A DNA stretch of 64,000 nt from Eledone cirrhosa (lineage: Eukaryota). This document shows positions 1 to 13,483 of the stretch, piece after piece. Position numbers and translations under genes: made by a program. Position 1 is the stretch's first letter. Each line of letters opens with the position of its first letter. The notes under the pieces were generated by a model. It was not told the origin of the DNA. It did not search any database and saw nothing but the letters and a program-made list of their open reading frames with translations. The stretch is from NCBI GenBank assembly GCA_964016885.1, contig OZ024743.1:323516001-323580000 (forward strand), written 5' to 3'.

Positions 1-880
1 CAGGTAACCACTATACCACTGGCTATCAGAACTGACAGTGTGTCAACATACACAGGTATATCTCAGGTAACCACTATACCACTGACTATCAGAACTGACA
101 GTGTGACAACATACACAGGTATATCTCAGGTAACCACTACACCACTGACTATCAGAACTGTCAGTGTGTCAACATACACAGGTATATCTCAGGTAACCAC
201 TATATCACTGACTATCAGAACTGACAGTGTGACAACATACACAGGTATATCTCAGGTAACCACTATACCACTGACTATCAGAACTGACAGTGTGACAACA
301 TACACAGGTATACCTCAGGTAACCACTACACCACTGACTATCAGAACTGACAGTGTGACAACATACACAGGTATATCTCAGGTAACCACTATACCACTGA
401 CTATCAGAACTGACAGTGTGACAACATACACAGGTATATCTCAGGTAACCACTACATCACTGGCTATCAGAACTGACAGTGTGTCAACATACACAGGTAT
501 ATCTCAGGTAACCACTATACCACTGACTATCAGAACTGACAGTGTGACAACATACACAGGTATATCTCAGGTAACCACTACATCACTGACTATCAGAACT
601 GACAGTGTGTCAACATACACAGGTATACCTCAGGTAACCACTACATCACTGACTATAAGAACTGACAGTGTGACAACATACACAGGTATATCTCAGGTAA
701 CCACTACATCACTGACTATCAGAACTGACAGTGTGTCATCATACACAGGTATATCTCAGGTAACAACTGTATCACTGTCAGACCTGAGAATGTGTCAACA
801 TACACAGGTATATCTCAGGTAACAACTACATCACTGACTATCAGAACTGAGAATGTGTGAACATACTCAGGTATACCTAG
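1..880. repeat. 63-bp minisatellite, ~14 copies, runs off the window start
   Basis: Unit caggtaaccactataccactgactatcagaactgacagtgtgacaacatacacaggtatatct repeats every 63 nt. One + frame is open (21-aa Thr-rich unit). Confidence 0.95.
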
Positions 881-1383
881 GGTGGTAAACTATTTCCCAC
901 CTTTAATGGATTTCACCGTGTTGCAAGCATTCAGACCAAATCTTTGTACTGAGGATACATTCTTTTCCCCCACCAGTCTTTGAAGCCCTAAAAAGGGTCA
1001 TGTCTACTGTCTTCTTCCTGAACACTCAATGTATACACAGATTCAACAAATTCCATTCCATTTATTCTTGCCAGTCAATATAAACTCTTTCTCTCTATTG
1101 TCCATACTTCATTCTCTAATTATACTAAAAGACTTGCAATGACACATTCAGTTAATTATTGTTCTTTTTTAGTGTTTGTGTAGGAAGGAAAACAACTTTT
1201 TGTGTTGTATTATTTGCTGCAACTGTCATCACCTATAACCTTGGAGACACAATTAGTGTGACATGTAAAACCAGTGACAGTGTAATATCAAGGTTGTCAC
1301 AGTAGAAAGCCCTACATGAAGCTATTGTTTCATCTCTGTCATGGGGCAGAGATCTGATTGAATGTTTACAATATAGAGTAAAC

Positions 1384-3696
1384 AAGGCATGTCAAACTGA
1401 CGATCATCCAAGGGTCAAATGTGTTGTCTGAGGGCCGCACATGACAACTAATTGTGCACATTACAACTAATTAAAGTCATTTAATAAAATTGATTGCAGA
1501 AAAATTTGTTACTTAAATTTAGAAAGATACAATGTACATACAAATGTTTTAGAAGCATTCATGAATACAAAGTAACGAAGTGTTTGACAAAAAACTAAAA
1601 TTTTAAATGGCAACATATACTTGCAGATTGCAACAGCAACAAATACATTGTACAAAAATTACAATTTATTCAACCATTTTTAGTGTTTTGTCCTGAGGCT
1701 TGACATTTCTTTTTGTTGGCAATCTTTGGTATGTCTGGCTGAAATGTCTGTACAGTTCCGACTTTGATCAGAGATGACACATGTTGATCAGTCAGCCTTG
1801 TTCCCTAAGAAGTTTTTGTTAATTTCATGAAGGAAAATAACTGTTCACACACATAGGTAGAACCAAACATTGCCATAATCTTTGTGGCAAACTTTCTGAA
1901 GTTTTTAAACTTTTCAGGAAGGTATGAAAAGAAACCAGGTATCCCACTTCAAGATACTTTGCTCTGAGTGTGGAATCTGACTGCATTTCCAATAGTTCTA
2001 TCTGCAGGCTTTCTTTTGCCTTGGCAACATCAAGGGTGAATGGTGCTGAGAATAATGCAAACTGATGTTCAAAAGATGAGAAATCACAAAATATTTCCTG
2101 AAATTCCTTTGAAAAAAAGCAAAGCTAAGTACAGAATCAGTATTGGCAGTGTTTTCAGCTCTTTGCACGTAGGAAAATGAACTAAATTTTTATTTGACAA
2201 CTGTGTCTTCCATAAGCTTAGGTTTCTAATGAAGCACTTGATGTAATCATACAACTGAGTGATGAGTTTGTTTTTACCTTATAATTTCAAATTAAGATCA
2301 GTTAATTGTGCAGTAAAAGCCAGATCTTGGAGCCAACTTTTATCTTTTATTTCATCTGTGTTTTGACCTTTCATCTCCAAAAACATAATTATTTCTTGTC
2401 TCAACAAATAGAATTTTTTCAGCACTTTGTGACATGACAACCAGCAGACTTCTGTGTAGAATGGAACATTGGTGAACTGATATCCATATCTTCCAACAAC
2501 TGGCTGAACTGATGGTGGTTGAGAGCACGACCTCTGATATAGTTCACTGTCTTTGTGACCAAGCTAAACACATGATGCAATTTTAAAATCTTTCAACACA
2601 AATTTTGCTGATGAATAATACAGTGAAAATGTGCAAATGATGAATCTGGATGTGAGTTTTCTATTTTTGTTTGTAACTTGACAGTAACACCATTATGTCT
2701 GCCAACCATATTTGCAGCACTGTCAGTAGATAAGCATGCAAGTTTACTCAAATCAAAACCATAGTCATGCAGAACCTGCACAACCTTCTCAAAGATGTCC
2801 TGGCTTGTTATAGTGTCATGCATAGGGACCAGTTCAATCAGTTCTTCATAATATTAAATTCACTGTCGCAGGTTCTGATGAAAAATGCAAGCTGTGCTAT
2901 TCCAGTGATGTCAACGGTCTCATCAATAACAATAGAAAAATATTCAAACTTCATGATACAGCCTTCAACTGTTGTTTTAGATCACCTGACATTTCATCAA
3001 TCCATTCAGCAACAGTGTTCCTGGTTAATGAAATGTCTTTCAATAACTGTGCTTTCTCTGGACATACAATTTCAGCTGTTTTTACAAGGCATTGCTTTAC
3101 AAAATCTTCTTCACTGTAAGATTTCCCACTCATGGCGATCATTCGGCTGAGTTCATAGCTTGCAGTAATAGAAGCGACATTCTCTTCCTGAATTTACATA
3201 AAACAGGTCTGTTGCTGTGTCAAGTTAGCCTTCAATTCCTTGAGTCTTGAAACACTCATTGGGCCTTCATATTTATCGTAAGATCGATGGTTTGTTTCAT
3301 AACACCTTTTCCAATTGTACCCTTTTGGCATGGCGATGCAGTTGTTGCAAATTAAATAGTGTATCTTTCCGTTCACCGCTGTGCAAAAATACTGTAATCC
3401 CCACTTTTCTTCAAACACTTCATTCAATTTCTTTTTTCTCTTAGCTGGAGGAGCACTAGCCATTTTAAAAGAAAAAACTTTTGAAATTTTGAAAGAAAGT
3501 TTTCTGTTTGCAACTGTTAATGAGCTGCATGTGATTCATCGGAAGTTAAAAGTAGTTAACAAAAATTGCACAAAAAAATGATTGTATCGAAAAATATTTT
3601 CATTTTATATTACGAAGATAAAACATGCTCATGCTGTCAAAACCTTCATGCAGGCTGCAGGTGTGCTTGAAAAGGGCCACATGTTTGACATGCCTG
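1384..3696 (-). mobile_element. hAT DNA transposon (SPIN/Charlie, GTF2IRD2-like transposase), pseudogenised
   Basis: TIRs aaggcatgtcaaac (1384-1397) and gtttgacatgcctg (3683-3696). Minus-strand ORF fragments MASAPPAKRK..CIAMPK, ISLTRNTVAEWIDEM, STDSAANMVG..FHCIIHQQNLC, broken by stops and frameshifts. Confidence 0.88.
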
Positions 3697-4297
3697 GTCT
3701 AGATAGATGAGAAACAAAATGAGGATGTAGTTTATGGAACACCCAAATGGTTTAGAAGTTGACCTTAAGTAGGAGCAATAACATTAAGAAAGATATGAAC
3801 GACACCACATGATTTTGTATTGAAAATTTTGAAAGTAGGTTTATAAGTATGAATTTTCAGTAGCTGTCTCAGTATATAAGTATGAATTTTCGTAGCTGTC
3901 TCAGTGGCCTATTAGTAGGTACTAGAGACGGTGGAGATCCTGGTCTTGTGTTCAATCCCGGTCAAGAGGTACATTTAATCTTTTTCAGTTTTTATTTTTC
4001 ATCCTATAGAGAAAAACTGAAAAGATTTACTGGGAACCCTAATTCAGGATCGAACTTCAGACCAGGATCACCATTGTCTATGATTCCTCCAACTAGGCCA
4101 CCTAGACAGCTACAAAAGTATAATGAAAATTAATAATTATAAACCTACTTTCAAAATCAAAGTTCATGGCTTTCCCAGAGCTATTACTCATATTTAGGGT
4201 CGACTTCTGGCTCTTTGGTAACAACCTTATTATTCCTATGTGTGTTTAACTGTTGAATCAATTTAATTTAATTATTTTAAACAAATAATACATATAT

Positions 4298-5372
4298 GAA
4301 CCCAGATCCCCTCAGGGAAATGGCCTTGCTCAGTATGTAGGAAAGGTGTAGGTAGAAATTCCATCCTCTGCCCCAAATGCAAACTATGGGATCTCAGGAA
4401 GCATAGTTAGGAATGTAGGCTTTACATGTAGCAGCTGCACTGGTACAGTAAGCATCAAACAACCACAGGAAACAAGTACCACCAAACTATGGGAGGGCTC
4501 TGTAGAAACACTAGACAGCTTTTGCTACCTAGGTGACCAAATTAGCAGTGGAGGTGGGTGTTCTGAAAGTACAGTAACCAGGGTAAGAACAGGATGGAAG
4601 AAGTTCAGGGAGCTACTACCACTGCTAGCTGCAAAAAGCTTTTCCCTCAAAATGAAAGGCAGACTGTATGATGCGTGCATATGAAAAGCAATGTTACGTG
4701 GTAGTGAGACCTGGGCACTGTCTGTAGAAGACTTGTGTAGATTAGAAAGAAACGTAGCCTGCATACTCCGATGGATGTGTAATAGTAACGGCAAAGCATA
4801 AATGAATTGAGAGAGAGACTGAGCATAGGAAGAATCAAGTGCAGAAGAGGAGGATGCGTTGGTATAGACATGTGATGCGTATGAAGGATGACAGCAACAT
4901 AAAAAGGTGCAGAGCACTAAAAGTTGATGGAAGCCATGGAGTGGGGAGACACAAGAAGACCTGGGATGAGGTGATAAAAGTGGACCTTGCCCAATTGCAC
5001 CTCTCAACAGCAATAACACAGAACCGTGACCTCTGGCGTCATGCAGTAATACAGAAGACCCGACTTCCCACGGGAACAAGTCGAAGCTGAAGCATATAGA
5101 CAATATGCCCCATCCCATCCCACTGCAAAGTGGTTCTGGAGGCGTCACAACAAAAAAACACCCAGCCCACGCTGTAAAGTGGCCATGAAAAAAAAGCACC
5201 CAGCACTCACTATAAATGAGATTGTTGTAAGGAAGGGCATCCAGCTGTAGAAATCAAGCCAAAATCAGTTCCCGTATGAGCAAGACAAAGTCACCCGACC
5301 TAACATCACCCACAACAGGACAACCTGTCTAGCATGGAAGAATGGACGTAAAACGGTGATGATGATGATGAT
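4298..5372 (+). mobile_element. RTE-type LINE, 5'-truncated 3' part
   Basis: Encodes [18 protein letters not shown] and RMRWYRHVMRM..GRHKKTW. Ends in a (GAT)n tail. Same family as 48992-50213. Confidence 0.85.
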
Positions 5373-5386
5373 ATATATATATATAT

Positions 5387-5890
5387 AATTATAAAAAATA
5401 AACCAAAGAAGCCTTCAATACATCAAAAGTCTTTATTAGCCAACAACGTTTCGTCCTATTAAGGACTCATCAGGGCAAGTAAAGCTACAAGAAGCACTAT
5501 CGGCCAATACAAGCCAAAAACTCAGAAGAATATGGAGTATACATCTATTAAAGCCTAGGAAGGATATCAAGGAAAAGTAGGCTAAGATTAAGAGTGAGCA
5601 GTTACAAACATAGATATCCTTCCTAGGCTTTAATAGATGTATACTCCATATTCTTCTGAGTTTTTGGCTTGTATTGGCCGATAGTGCTTCTTGTAGCTTT
5701 ACTTGCCCTGATGAGTCCTTAATAGGACGAAACGTTGTTGGCTAATAAAGACTTTTGATGTATTGAAGGCTTCTTTGGTTTATTTTTATAATTCTTCGGC
5801 TCTGTTTAATTACATTGAGCTATATCTTATACTGTCATTTCTATAATATGAAGAGTGTGTTTAACTCCAACACACTCTAGTATTTTAATT

Positions 5891-5893
<3 letters not shown>
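5387..5893 (+). mobile_element. Fold-back PLE pLTR cassette (family A) in (TA)n
   Basis: Inverted arms 5387-5568 / 5613-5793 (one indel seen), 44-nt loop, unpaired ~100-nt 3' tail, flanked by TA repeats. Confidence 0.8.
5698..5749 (+). ncRNA. Minimal type I hammerhead ribozyme, canonical core
   Basis: ttgcc CTGATGA(5708) gtcct-taat-aggac GAAAC gtt GTT ggc. Stem III contains the palindrome AACGTT. Antisense copy at 5467-5473. Confidence 0.85.
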
Positions 5894-5985
<92 letters not shown>

Positions 5986-5989
<4 letters not shown>

Positions 5990-8765
5990 TTATTAAAATA
6001 ACAGATTAAAGTTTAAGCAAAGAATCGCTGCTTTCACCCTTAACGGGATCTTCTAAAACTGACAAAGTCAATCTGTAAACGCAGAAGTGAATATTTCAAA
6101 AAACGTTGCAACCGGAGGAAGACAGGAAGACGGTACTTTGGTTGAAGAATAGAATTCGTTCTATTAAGGATTCTAATGCCGTGCACGTCCATTCCGACAA
6201 AACTGGCAACCTATATCAAGTGGAGCGCAGTACTTACCATCAACTACTACATAATGCTGTAACTAAGGATTACCGTAAAACTAATTGGTGCGTCATCAAT
6301 GAAATCAACGATGCTGGGTTTAAAATCACCTCTGATCTCAACATCCTGGACCGGACCGAACCTCTGGACCCTATTTCTCCCCCACTTTACCCTGAAGGAT
6401 CACAAATCCAATTTTCCGAACAACCCCTCTATTCAGCTTATTAACCCTGCGAAGTCCGATTTAGGTAGACTTAGTAAAAGGATTCTTGATAGAATTATAC
6501 CTGAAATTAGAAGTTTGGCCCCTCTTGCACTGTGGAACAATTCTTTCGCGGTGATTGATTGGTTCAACGGCATATGCAACAAGGAACATTACCGTTTTAT
6601 CCAATTCGACATCAATAATTACTACTCCTCCATCACTTTACCACTTCTCCTTAGAGCTATCAATTTCGCTAAAACACTCACAGTGGTTAAGGATTTCGAA
6701 GTTGATGTCATCCTCAATGCCCGTAAGTCGGTGATTAATTTCGACGACTCTATTTGGATTTTAAAAAATCCAATAGTACCCCTTTCGACGTGAGTATGGG
6801 CGCCAGTGATTCTGCGGAGGTTACTGATCTTATCGGCCTTTTCCTTCTTTTCTCTATCAAAGTTGAATTCCCCAACGTGGGCGGTGGTTTGTACCGTGAT
6901 GATAGTCTTTTGACCATGACTAAGTGCGGCCCTCGTGATTGCGACAGGTTCAGAAAAGAACTCACAGCCTTCTTTAAAGGCTTCAACCTCTCTATACAGG
7001 TTGAGACCAACCTCTCGGTCGTGAATTACCTTGACGTTACCCTCAATTTATCGAATGGCTTGTATTATCCGTATAGAAAGCCGAATGATACGCTTAATTA
7101 CATAAGTAAGCATTCCAACCATCCTGCCAGCATAACCAAGAACCTGGTAAGAAACGTTTCGTTGAGGCTTTCCCGTCTATCTACTAACGAGCATATTTTC
7201 AACGACCATTCCACATATTACAATGAAGCTCTTGCTCGGAGTGGATTTGTCGATAAGGTAGCATATACAGAGTACGAGAATAGACCTAGAAGAAATAGAT
7301 CCCGACGCATTATATGGTATAACCCACCATATAATATGGAGGTGGCCACACCATTAGCTAAGATCTTTCTATGCCTTATTACGAAGCATTTTATAAATAT
7401 AGTAAAATTTTATAAATATAGTAACATTTTATAAATATAGTAACATTTTATAAATATAGTAAAATTTTTAATAGAAATACTATTAACATTTCTTACTCTA
7501 CGACTCCTAACCTTGCACATAACACCACAGCTTCAAATTTAGCTAAACTACCTAGCTGTAGGAACACGTGCAACCCTGCAGTTAGTACTAACTGTAATTG
7601 TAGGAATCGGGTTGATTGCCCCCTATTCGGGAAATGCCTCTCTAGTAATATTGTCTACAAATGTAAGGTTGAAACACCCACGTCCCGTAGGGCCTACATA
7701 GGGTTAACCGCCAATAGATTCAAGCAGCGTCTTTACATGCATACCCATTCTTTTCGTTACCCTCTAAGAAGGAATATGACGTCAGTTTCAGCTTATATCT
7801 GGAGTCTAAAAGACAACCATACCCAATATAAGTTACACTGGGAGATCCTAGCTAGGGCTAGATCGTATAACGGAAATAAAAGACCATGTGATCTCTGCGC
7901 CACTGAGGCCCTGGAAATACTCTACGCCACAGACCACATCTTAAACAAAAAATCTGAGGCAATTTCGGCTTGTAAACATAAATTGCACAAAACTTTCCTG
8001 TATTACAGCCCCACATTATACCCTAACGGATAGTACGCGGATATTTTACGTCTTGATGTGGTAGCTAAGTATATGTTATGTTTATACCATTACTTATTTG
8101 CATAGGTAAGTATATATTACCTGTATGTTTTGTGAAGGTACGTATACTTTCTCGTACGTATATTTGATTGTATATGTTATGGCGTATATTTTATATATTC
8201 TGGTACATATGCTTTTGGTTATGTGTATGCGAGTATGCGGGTTCGTACGTATGTAGGGTGTGTGTATATGTGAACTACGTGTTTTGGTTGACGTACGTCT
8301 CCGAACATTTGTGTATTTACATGTAGGTATGTGCGCTTGTTATATACGTATTTATTTATATACGTTTATTTAATTATTTGTATACACGCACACACACACA
8401 CATATATTTATATGTGCATGTATTTGTTTACCTATGGCGAGTGTTTTCGCGTATGCTTGTGTATGTATGTATTTGGATGCGTGTATGTATTTATTTAATT
8501 TCAATTACCTCTGTATTTTATTTACTTTATTCTTAACTCTGAAGCGGAGAATCATTCGGTTTCCTAGTTAGAATTTTAGTCTACGACTTCAGTTATACCA
8601 TTTGCGTGGTTTTGTCTTTGCGTGCAATTGTTCTCCACGATCCACATATGACGTATTATCTTCGTTTTTAATCTGTTATTTTAATAAATATTTGCTCTAC
8701 GGTTCTTATATATTTGATATATATTTATCCTTATCGAGCCCTCTTTGGATTTTAGTCTTCAAATT

Positions 8766-8768
<3 letters not shown>
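5986..8768 (+). mobile_element. Penelope-like retroelement (RT + GIY-YIG), frameshifted, with inverted 5' pLTR fragment
   Basis: SDKT, FIQFDI, MGASDSAEVTDLIG, GGLYRDD, NYLDVTL, SNHP, CNC..CPL..CL, YIG, CDLC. Inverted pLTR at 5986-6115. The 3' end 8665-8750 matches 44976-45070 in reverse complement. Both ends in (TA)n. Confidence 0.92.
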
Positions 8769-8837
<69 letters not shown>

Positions 8838-8839
<2 letters not shown>

Positions 8840-9434
8840 TTTCTGAATTTGTTTAGCAAGATTCTTTATCTGAAAACGTGTGTTGAAACCGATATTGTTA
8901 TGCTTTGGGAGGGTCATGTTGCCAATAAGAAACACACGCACCAGTTGCTTTCACTCCAATTTATTATAAATTAAATTTATAAATTTCTGGTTGGTTGGCT
9001 GGTTCCACAACCAGACGATTGTTCATATATTATCAAAGTTCTTTTGTCACACATCCTGTGACTTCTTCAGTGACTGGGGATGCTTTTCTTTGTTTTTGTG
9101 CCTCTCCTTTGTTCTGTCCTACGCCATCTTGTTTTTGTGTGTGTTGTGTGCTTAGTTTGCGTATGTGTTACATCCGGGTGTCTGTGTGTGTTTATATTTG
9201 TTTATTTATTTGTTTATTTACATGTTACTGGTTGGTTGTTTGTTCTATGTTCTGAAGAGGTCACAGAATGTGTGACGAAAGAAATTTGACAATATATGAA
9301 CAATCGTCTGGTTGTGGAACCAACCAACCAGAAATTTACAAATTCTTAAATTTATAAATTTAATTTATAATAAATTGGAGTGAAAGCAACTGGTGCGTGT
9401 GTTTCTTATTGGCAACATGACCCTCCCAAAGCAT

Positions 9435-9442
<8 letters not shown>
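8838..9442. mobile_element. Fold-back cassette (family C) with HHR-like core
   Basis: Arms 8892-9070 / 9252-9442. CTGAAGA(9252) g gtcaca-gaatg-tgtgac GAAA. Flanked by (TA)n. Confidence 0.7.
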
Positions 9443-9465
<23 letters not shown>

Positions 9466-9557
9466 ATGCCAATCATTGTAAGTTTGAATCTAACTGACAT
9501 GCAAAAACATATATATATATGAGTAAGGTAAGCCCAAATCATAGTAGATTCAAATAT

Positions 9558-9560
<3 letters not shown>

Positions 9561-9630
<70 letters not shown>
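9561..9630. repeat. (AG)n microsatellite
   Basis: Direct reading. Confidence 0.95.
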
Positions 9631-9632
<2 letters not shown>

Positions 9633-9678
9633 GTGACAGAAATGAAACATGGATTACAGGTTAAAATATAATTTAGAC

Positions 9679-9956
9679 CAGCCATGTCAAACTGAAGATA
9701 CCCCGAGGGCCACATAGATCACATATGTGTTGTCTGAGGGCCACAGATGTGTCACATATGTGTTGTCTGAGGGCCAGATGTGTCACATATGTGTTGTCTG
9801 AGGGCCAGATGTGTCACATATGTGTTGTCTGAGGGCCACAGATGACAACTAAATTTTTTTAATTTTATATTACGAATATAAAACATATTCGCACTGTAAA
9901 AACCTTTGTGCGACCCACAGCTGTGCTTGTAAAGGGTCGCATGTTTGACATGCCTG
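9679..9956. mobile_element. MITE: internal-deletion derivative of the hAT element at 1384-3696
   Basis: TIRs cagccatgtcaaac / gtttgacatgcctg. Both subterminal regions align with the large element. Internal ~31-33-bp tandem repeat (tgtgttgtctgagggcc) x4. Confidence 0.85.
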
Positions 9957-11299
9957 GAGTAAACTTCATTAAATCCACCTAAGGGCCAAGTGGTGCTGAT
10001 AAGCCAGGCAACAGATTAAGTCCACTCTGCAAGAACACTTACAGAGTGGACTTAATCTGTTGCCTACATCCATTTACTTATGTAATACACTGATTTATAC
10101 CAAGAAAAGTATGAAGAAATGGAAAGATTCAGTAAAAGGTAGCAGATGTGTTTATATATTTCATGTCAGTTACTGCAATTTCTAAAGTCAAGAACTTAAA
10201 ATCAGTAAAAAAAAAAATGAAATAAAACATTATGATTTTATTAAACACTATCATATTTAAACTGGCCATATCTGGCCAGAATTCTCTCACCTCTTTCCGT
10301 TCAAACCGGTTGTAACTGACTGCCCATACTTATGTTAAGGTAATATTCTCAAAATAAATAATATCAAAATCTCATAGATTTGATATTATGTGAGGTAAAG
10401 CCTTTACTGTGAAAATATAAGAGTAAATATAGAGTAATGTAAATGCTAAACGGTGCCGCAGGTGTGAGCCCCGTGAGTTGGAGTGGTTTTTCCAGCGTGT
10501 CTCCCTTGCCGTCCTCCGTGGAAACGCCTTCTCCGTTCTGTCCGCCGAGGCTGTGGGTGGGCCCCATCACGTACCAATACATTAGTTAAGTACCATTCTT
10601 TCATCTAACGCTGTGGGTGGATCCCATCGCGTACCAATACATTAATTAAGTACCATTCTTTCATCTACTAACATCCATCAGAAAAGTCTGAATATTATAA
10701 CTTCCCAGTCTTACCAACAAATCCCTTTGAGATGTTATACACAAGCAATGTAATATTGTTTATGCCTAGATCAGTCATGTACAAGCAAACATGATCAAAT
10801 GCGTTCTAGTCGTAATTATCTTGTTTTTTTCTTTTCTAGACTACATTATCCACGGTGTTTTTCCATTTTAAAGACAGTGTGGTGTCATTTGTGGAAGATT
10901 TGGCTGCTATCTCTAGCAAGGGGAATATAATTGGATCATTTGGTTGACTACCGTTTTTATCTGCTGTTATTTTCTTCTCCAAATAAAACCATTTCTAAGG
11001 CCAAGTATAACAGTTAAGTGACACAACCCATTACATTACATTTTAATGTAATCATAAATAGGTTTTGACTACATATGTAAGTAATAAAAAGAATAAATAT
11101 TTTTTTTCATAATTGTACAAATTATTTATTATTTGTACAGTATGAAAATACACACACAAATAATATATACAATAATATATGCAATACTTAATTACACTTG
11201 AACACTGTACACAATAATTTTTATTGTTATTATTATAAATATTTCACATAAAAATATAGAATGAAAACGATGGTCATGCACCATAAGGTGTGCTGGAGA

Positions 11300-11800
11300 C
11301 TCTCTCAATTACTTTTTGAGGCAAGCCAACACACTGGCAAGGTGATCGTGGGTGATAGCAGGGTTAAGGTGCTGGAATAACCAAGCACCTTCATGGGCAC
11401 CAGCGATGACAAGAACCTTGTTGTCAGTGGCCCAGCTCCTCCAAACGTCTGGAATGTCACAGGCTGGAAAAATAGTTGTTGGATAATTCCTTCTGTTTTA
11501 GGATTTTATTCTGATTGGCTATGGAAGTAGTGACCCTCATTTCATCCAAGATGTGGGAAGGAGCAAAAGAATCACTGACTGTGGTGTCTCAAATGAGACA
11601 TCTAGCTCTTTCCCAGGAACAATGGGTAAGACCATCTGATTTTTTTCCATTGACTCTGGATAATCCAGCCAGCTCCATAATTGAGGGGATATTTACCTGA
11701 GCCAGGACCCACTTAATAAATAAGTTTAGCTCAGTATGGCGAGTGAAGTGACCTACATTCAGGTGACAAGACAAACCATGAAAACCTGTGATCAGATACA
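11300..11800 (-). pseudogene. CRE-like non-LTR retrotransposon C-terminal remnant (zinc knuckle + restriction-like endonuclease)
   Basis: HGLSC..RH..LN, GLSRVNGKKSDGLT..W..ARCLI*DTTVSDSFAPSH, then frameshifted FQPVTFQTFGGAG and WLFQHL..ASVLA. This resembles the GKRPDG..WD.T..D RLE signature. Confidence 0.7.
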
Positions 11801-12014
11801 CACACAAGGATTAAATGTGAAAAATATTAGAGTTAGCTAAAAATACATTACATTAATACATTTTAGCAAATATAATAAGTTAAGGTAAGTACCAACAGAA
11901 CAATGAAATACAATAATTTAATTAATACCTCTTTCTATATCAACTCCATAACTCTGTTTTCAAATGAAACGCCAATTTCGTACAGAAATAAAAATATTTT
12001 TTCTTATAGTGGGA

Positions 12015-12210
12015 ATAAGGTTTCTAAATTTAGCACAAGGTCAGCAATTTTGGAGGAAGGGTTAAGTCGATTATATTGACCCTGGTACTTGATTGGTACT
12101 TTGGATGGACGAAAGGCAAAGTTAACCGAGGTGGGATTTGAACTCAGAACGTAAAGAGTAGCAAATAGAAGCCTCAAAACACTTGGTCTGATGCTCTAAT
12201 GATTCTTCCA
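12015..12210 (-). mobile_element. tRNA-derived SINE (family 1), diverged
   Basis: B-box gagttcaaatccc and central motif ctttgcctttc on the minus strand. Confidence 0.7.
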
Positions 12211-12768
12211 TTGAGAATAATAAGTTAAAGTGACAGGCCATACTTCTAGATGACAATAGCTACTCTCAGGTCTTGAATAATCGCTCCACCCCACCTATTA
12301 ATTTAGCAGATTTCCTCCATCCTTTGCGCATTAAATTTTACTAATTTATCTCCGAAATTATATTGTAAGTGATTCATATACAGCAGCTGGAGAATCTAAT
12401 AATTTTATTTTACATAAAAAACCCCCATTATATATGATAAAAAAAGAACATTATAAGAAACTCCATATTTACAAACGTACACTATACAATTACCAATTTC
12501 CCAACCTCTAGCTTATAAGAATTTAAGCATATGTCCAACCCTCCCTATTATTTGGGACCTGAGAGTAGAAGGAAAATCGAATTTTTTTTTCGATTTGTTA
12601 CCTCCCTTGTTACTGGTGTTTACGTTCAAGTCAGTCCTGATCGAACAGAAGCTATCCAGCCACGACCATCCTAACTTTTTGTATACGTAGGACTTCAATA
12701 TAAACGTTGGAGCCTCTATGTGGTCATTCGACCTGCTAGAAATAATAGCCAGATGTCTCTAAAATCAA

Positions 12769-12769
<1 letters not shown>

Positions 12770-12799
<30 letters not shown>

Positions 12800-12916
12800 C
12801 TTCTTCTTCTTCTTCTTCTTCTTCTTCTTCTTCTTCTTCTTCTTCTTCTTCTTCTTCTTCTTCTTCTTCTTCTTCTTCTTCTTCTTCTTCTTCTTCTTCT
12901 TCTTCTTCTTCTTCTT
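12770..12916. repeat. (TTC)n microsatellite
   Basis: Direct reading. Confidence 0.95.
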
Positions 12917-13019
12917 TAACGACTAATTCTGGTTTTTAAAAAATTCAACGGAGACAATATAAAAAAATTATTCCTCAATACATTTTGAACCCTAATCATG
13001 AACAGACGGTAAAAACGTA

Positions 13020-13110
13020 CAGATTAGCGAACCAATGTAAGGGACGTAATTTGAAAATTTTTTTTTTTCGAAATGAGTACTTATTCTAACTATATATATG
13101 TGTGGTATAC
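13020..13110 (+). repeat. Left long inverted terminus (partner at 38025-38130) of a putative non-autonomous DNA transposon
   Basis: tagcgaaccaatgtaagggacg.aatttgaaaa...cgaaatgagtac is the reverse complement of 38025-38130. Confidence 0.6.
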
Positions 13111-13184
13111 ATTCTAACTATATATATGTGTGGTATACATTCTAACTATATATATATATGTGTGGTATACATATAGGTATTTGA

Positions 13185-13342
13185 ATTAGCAGTATCGGTA
13201 GAGGGTCGGACGCCATGCTTTGACGTATAGAGTTACGGCCCTTGCCATTCTGAGTTCAAATCCCATCCTTACGGGGTCGATAAAATAAAGTACCAGTAAT
13301 GCACTGGGTATTTGCTGGCATTGTGCCAAACGTAGAAACAAT
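13185..13342 (+). mobile_element. tRNA-derived SINE (family 1)
   Basis: gcagtatcggtagagggtcggacgcc...gagttcaaatccc...ggggtcgataaaataaagtaccag. Confidence 0.8.
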
Positions 13343-13441
13343 TATGTGTGTATTCTAACTATCTATATGTGTGGTATACATATAGGTATTATCTCTGCAT
13401 GTGTGTGTATATAGGTGTTAACTCTGTGTATATATAGATGT

Positions 13442-13479
<38 letters not shown>

Positions 13480-13483
<4 letters not shown>

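Noticed and set aside
1-880. CRISPR-like regular array (also 29903-30215 and 9715-9845)
   Set aside because: Units are contiguous tandem repeats without unique spacers; eukaryotic context with no cas genes.
10550-10667. 60-bp tandem duplication; also ~235-bp duplications in 42010-42450
   Set aside because: Simple local duplications with no additional structure.
11300-11800. Apparent two-exon host gene on the minus strand (ttttccag acceptor, cag|gtaaat donor)
   Set aside because: Exon phases are incompatible, and the supposed intron itself encodes the RLE motif of a CRE-like retrotransposon.
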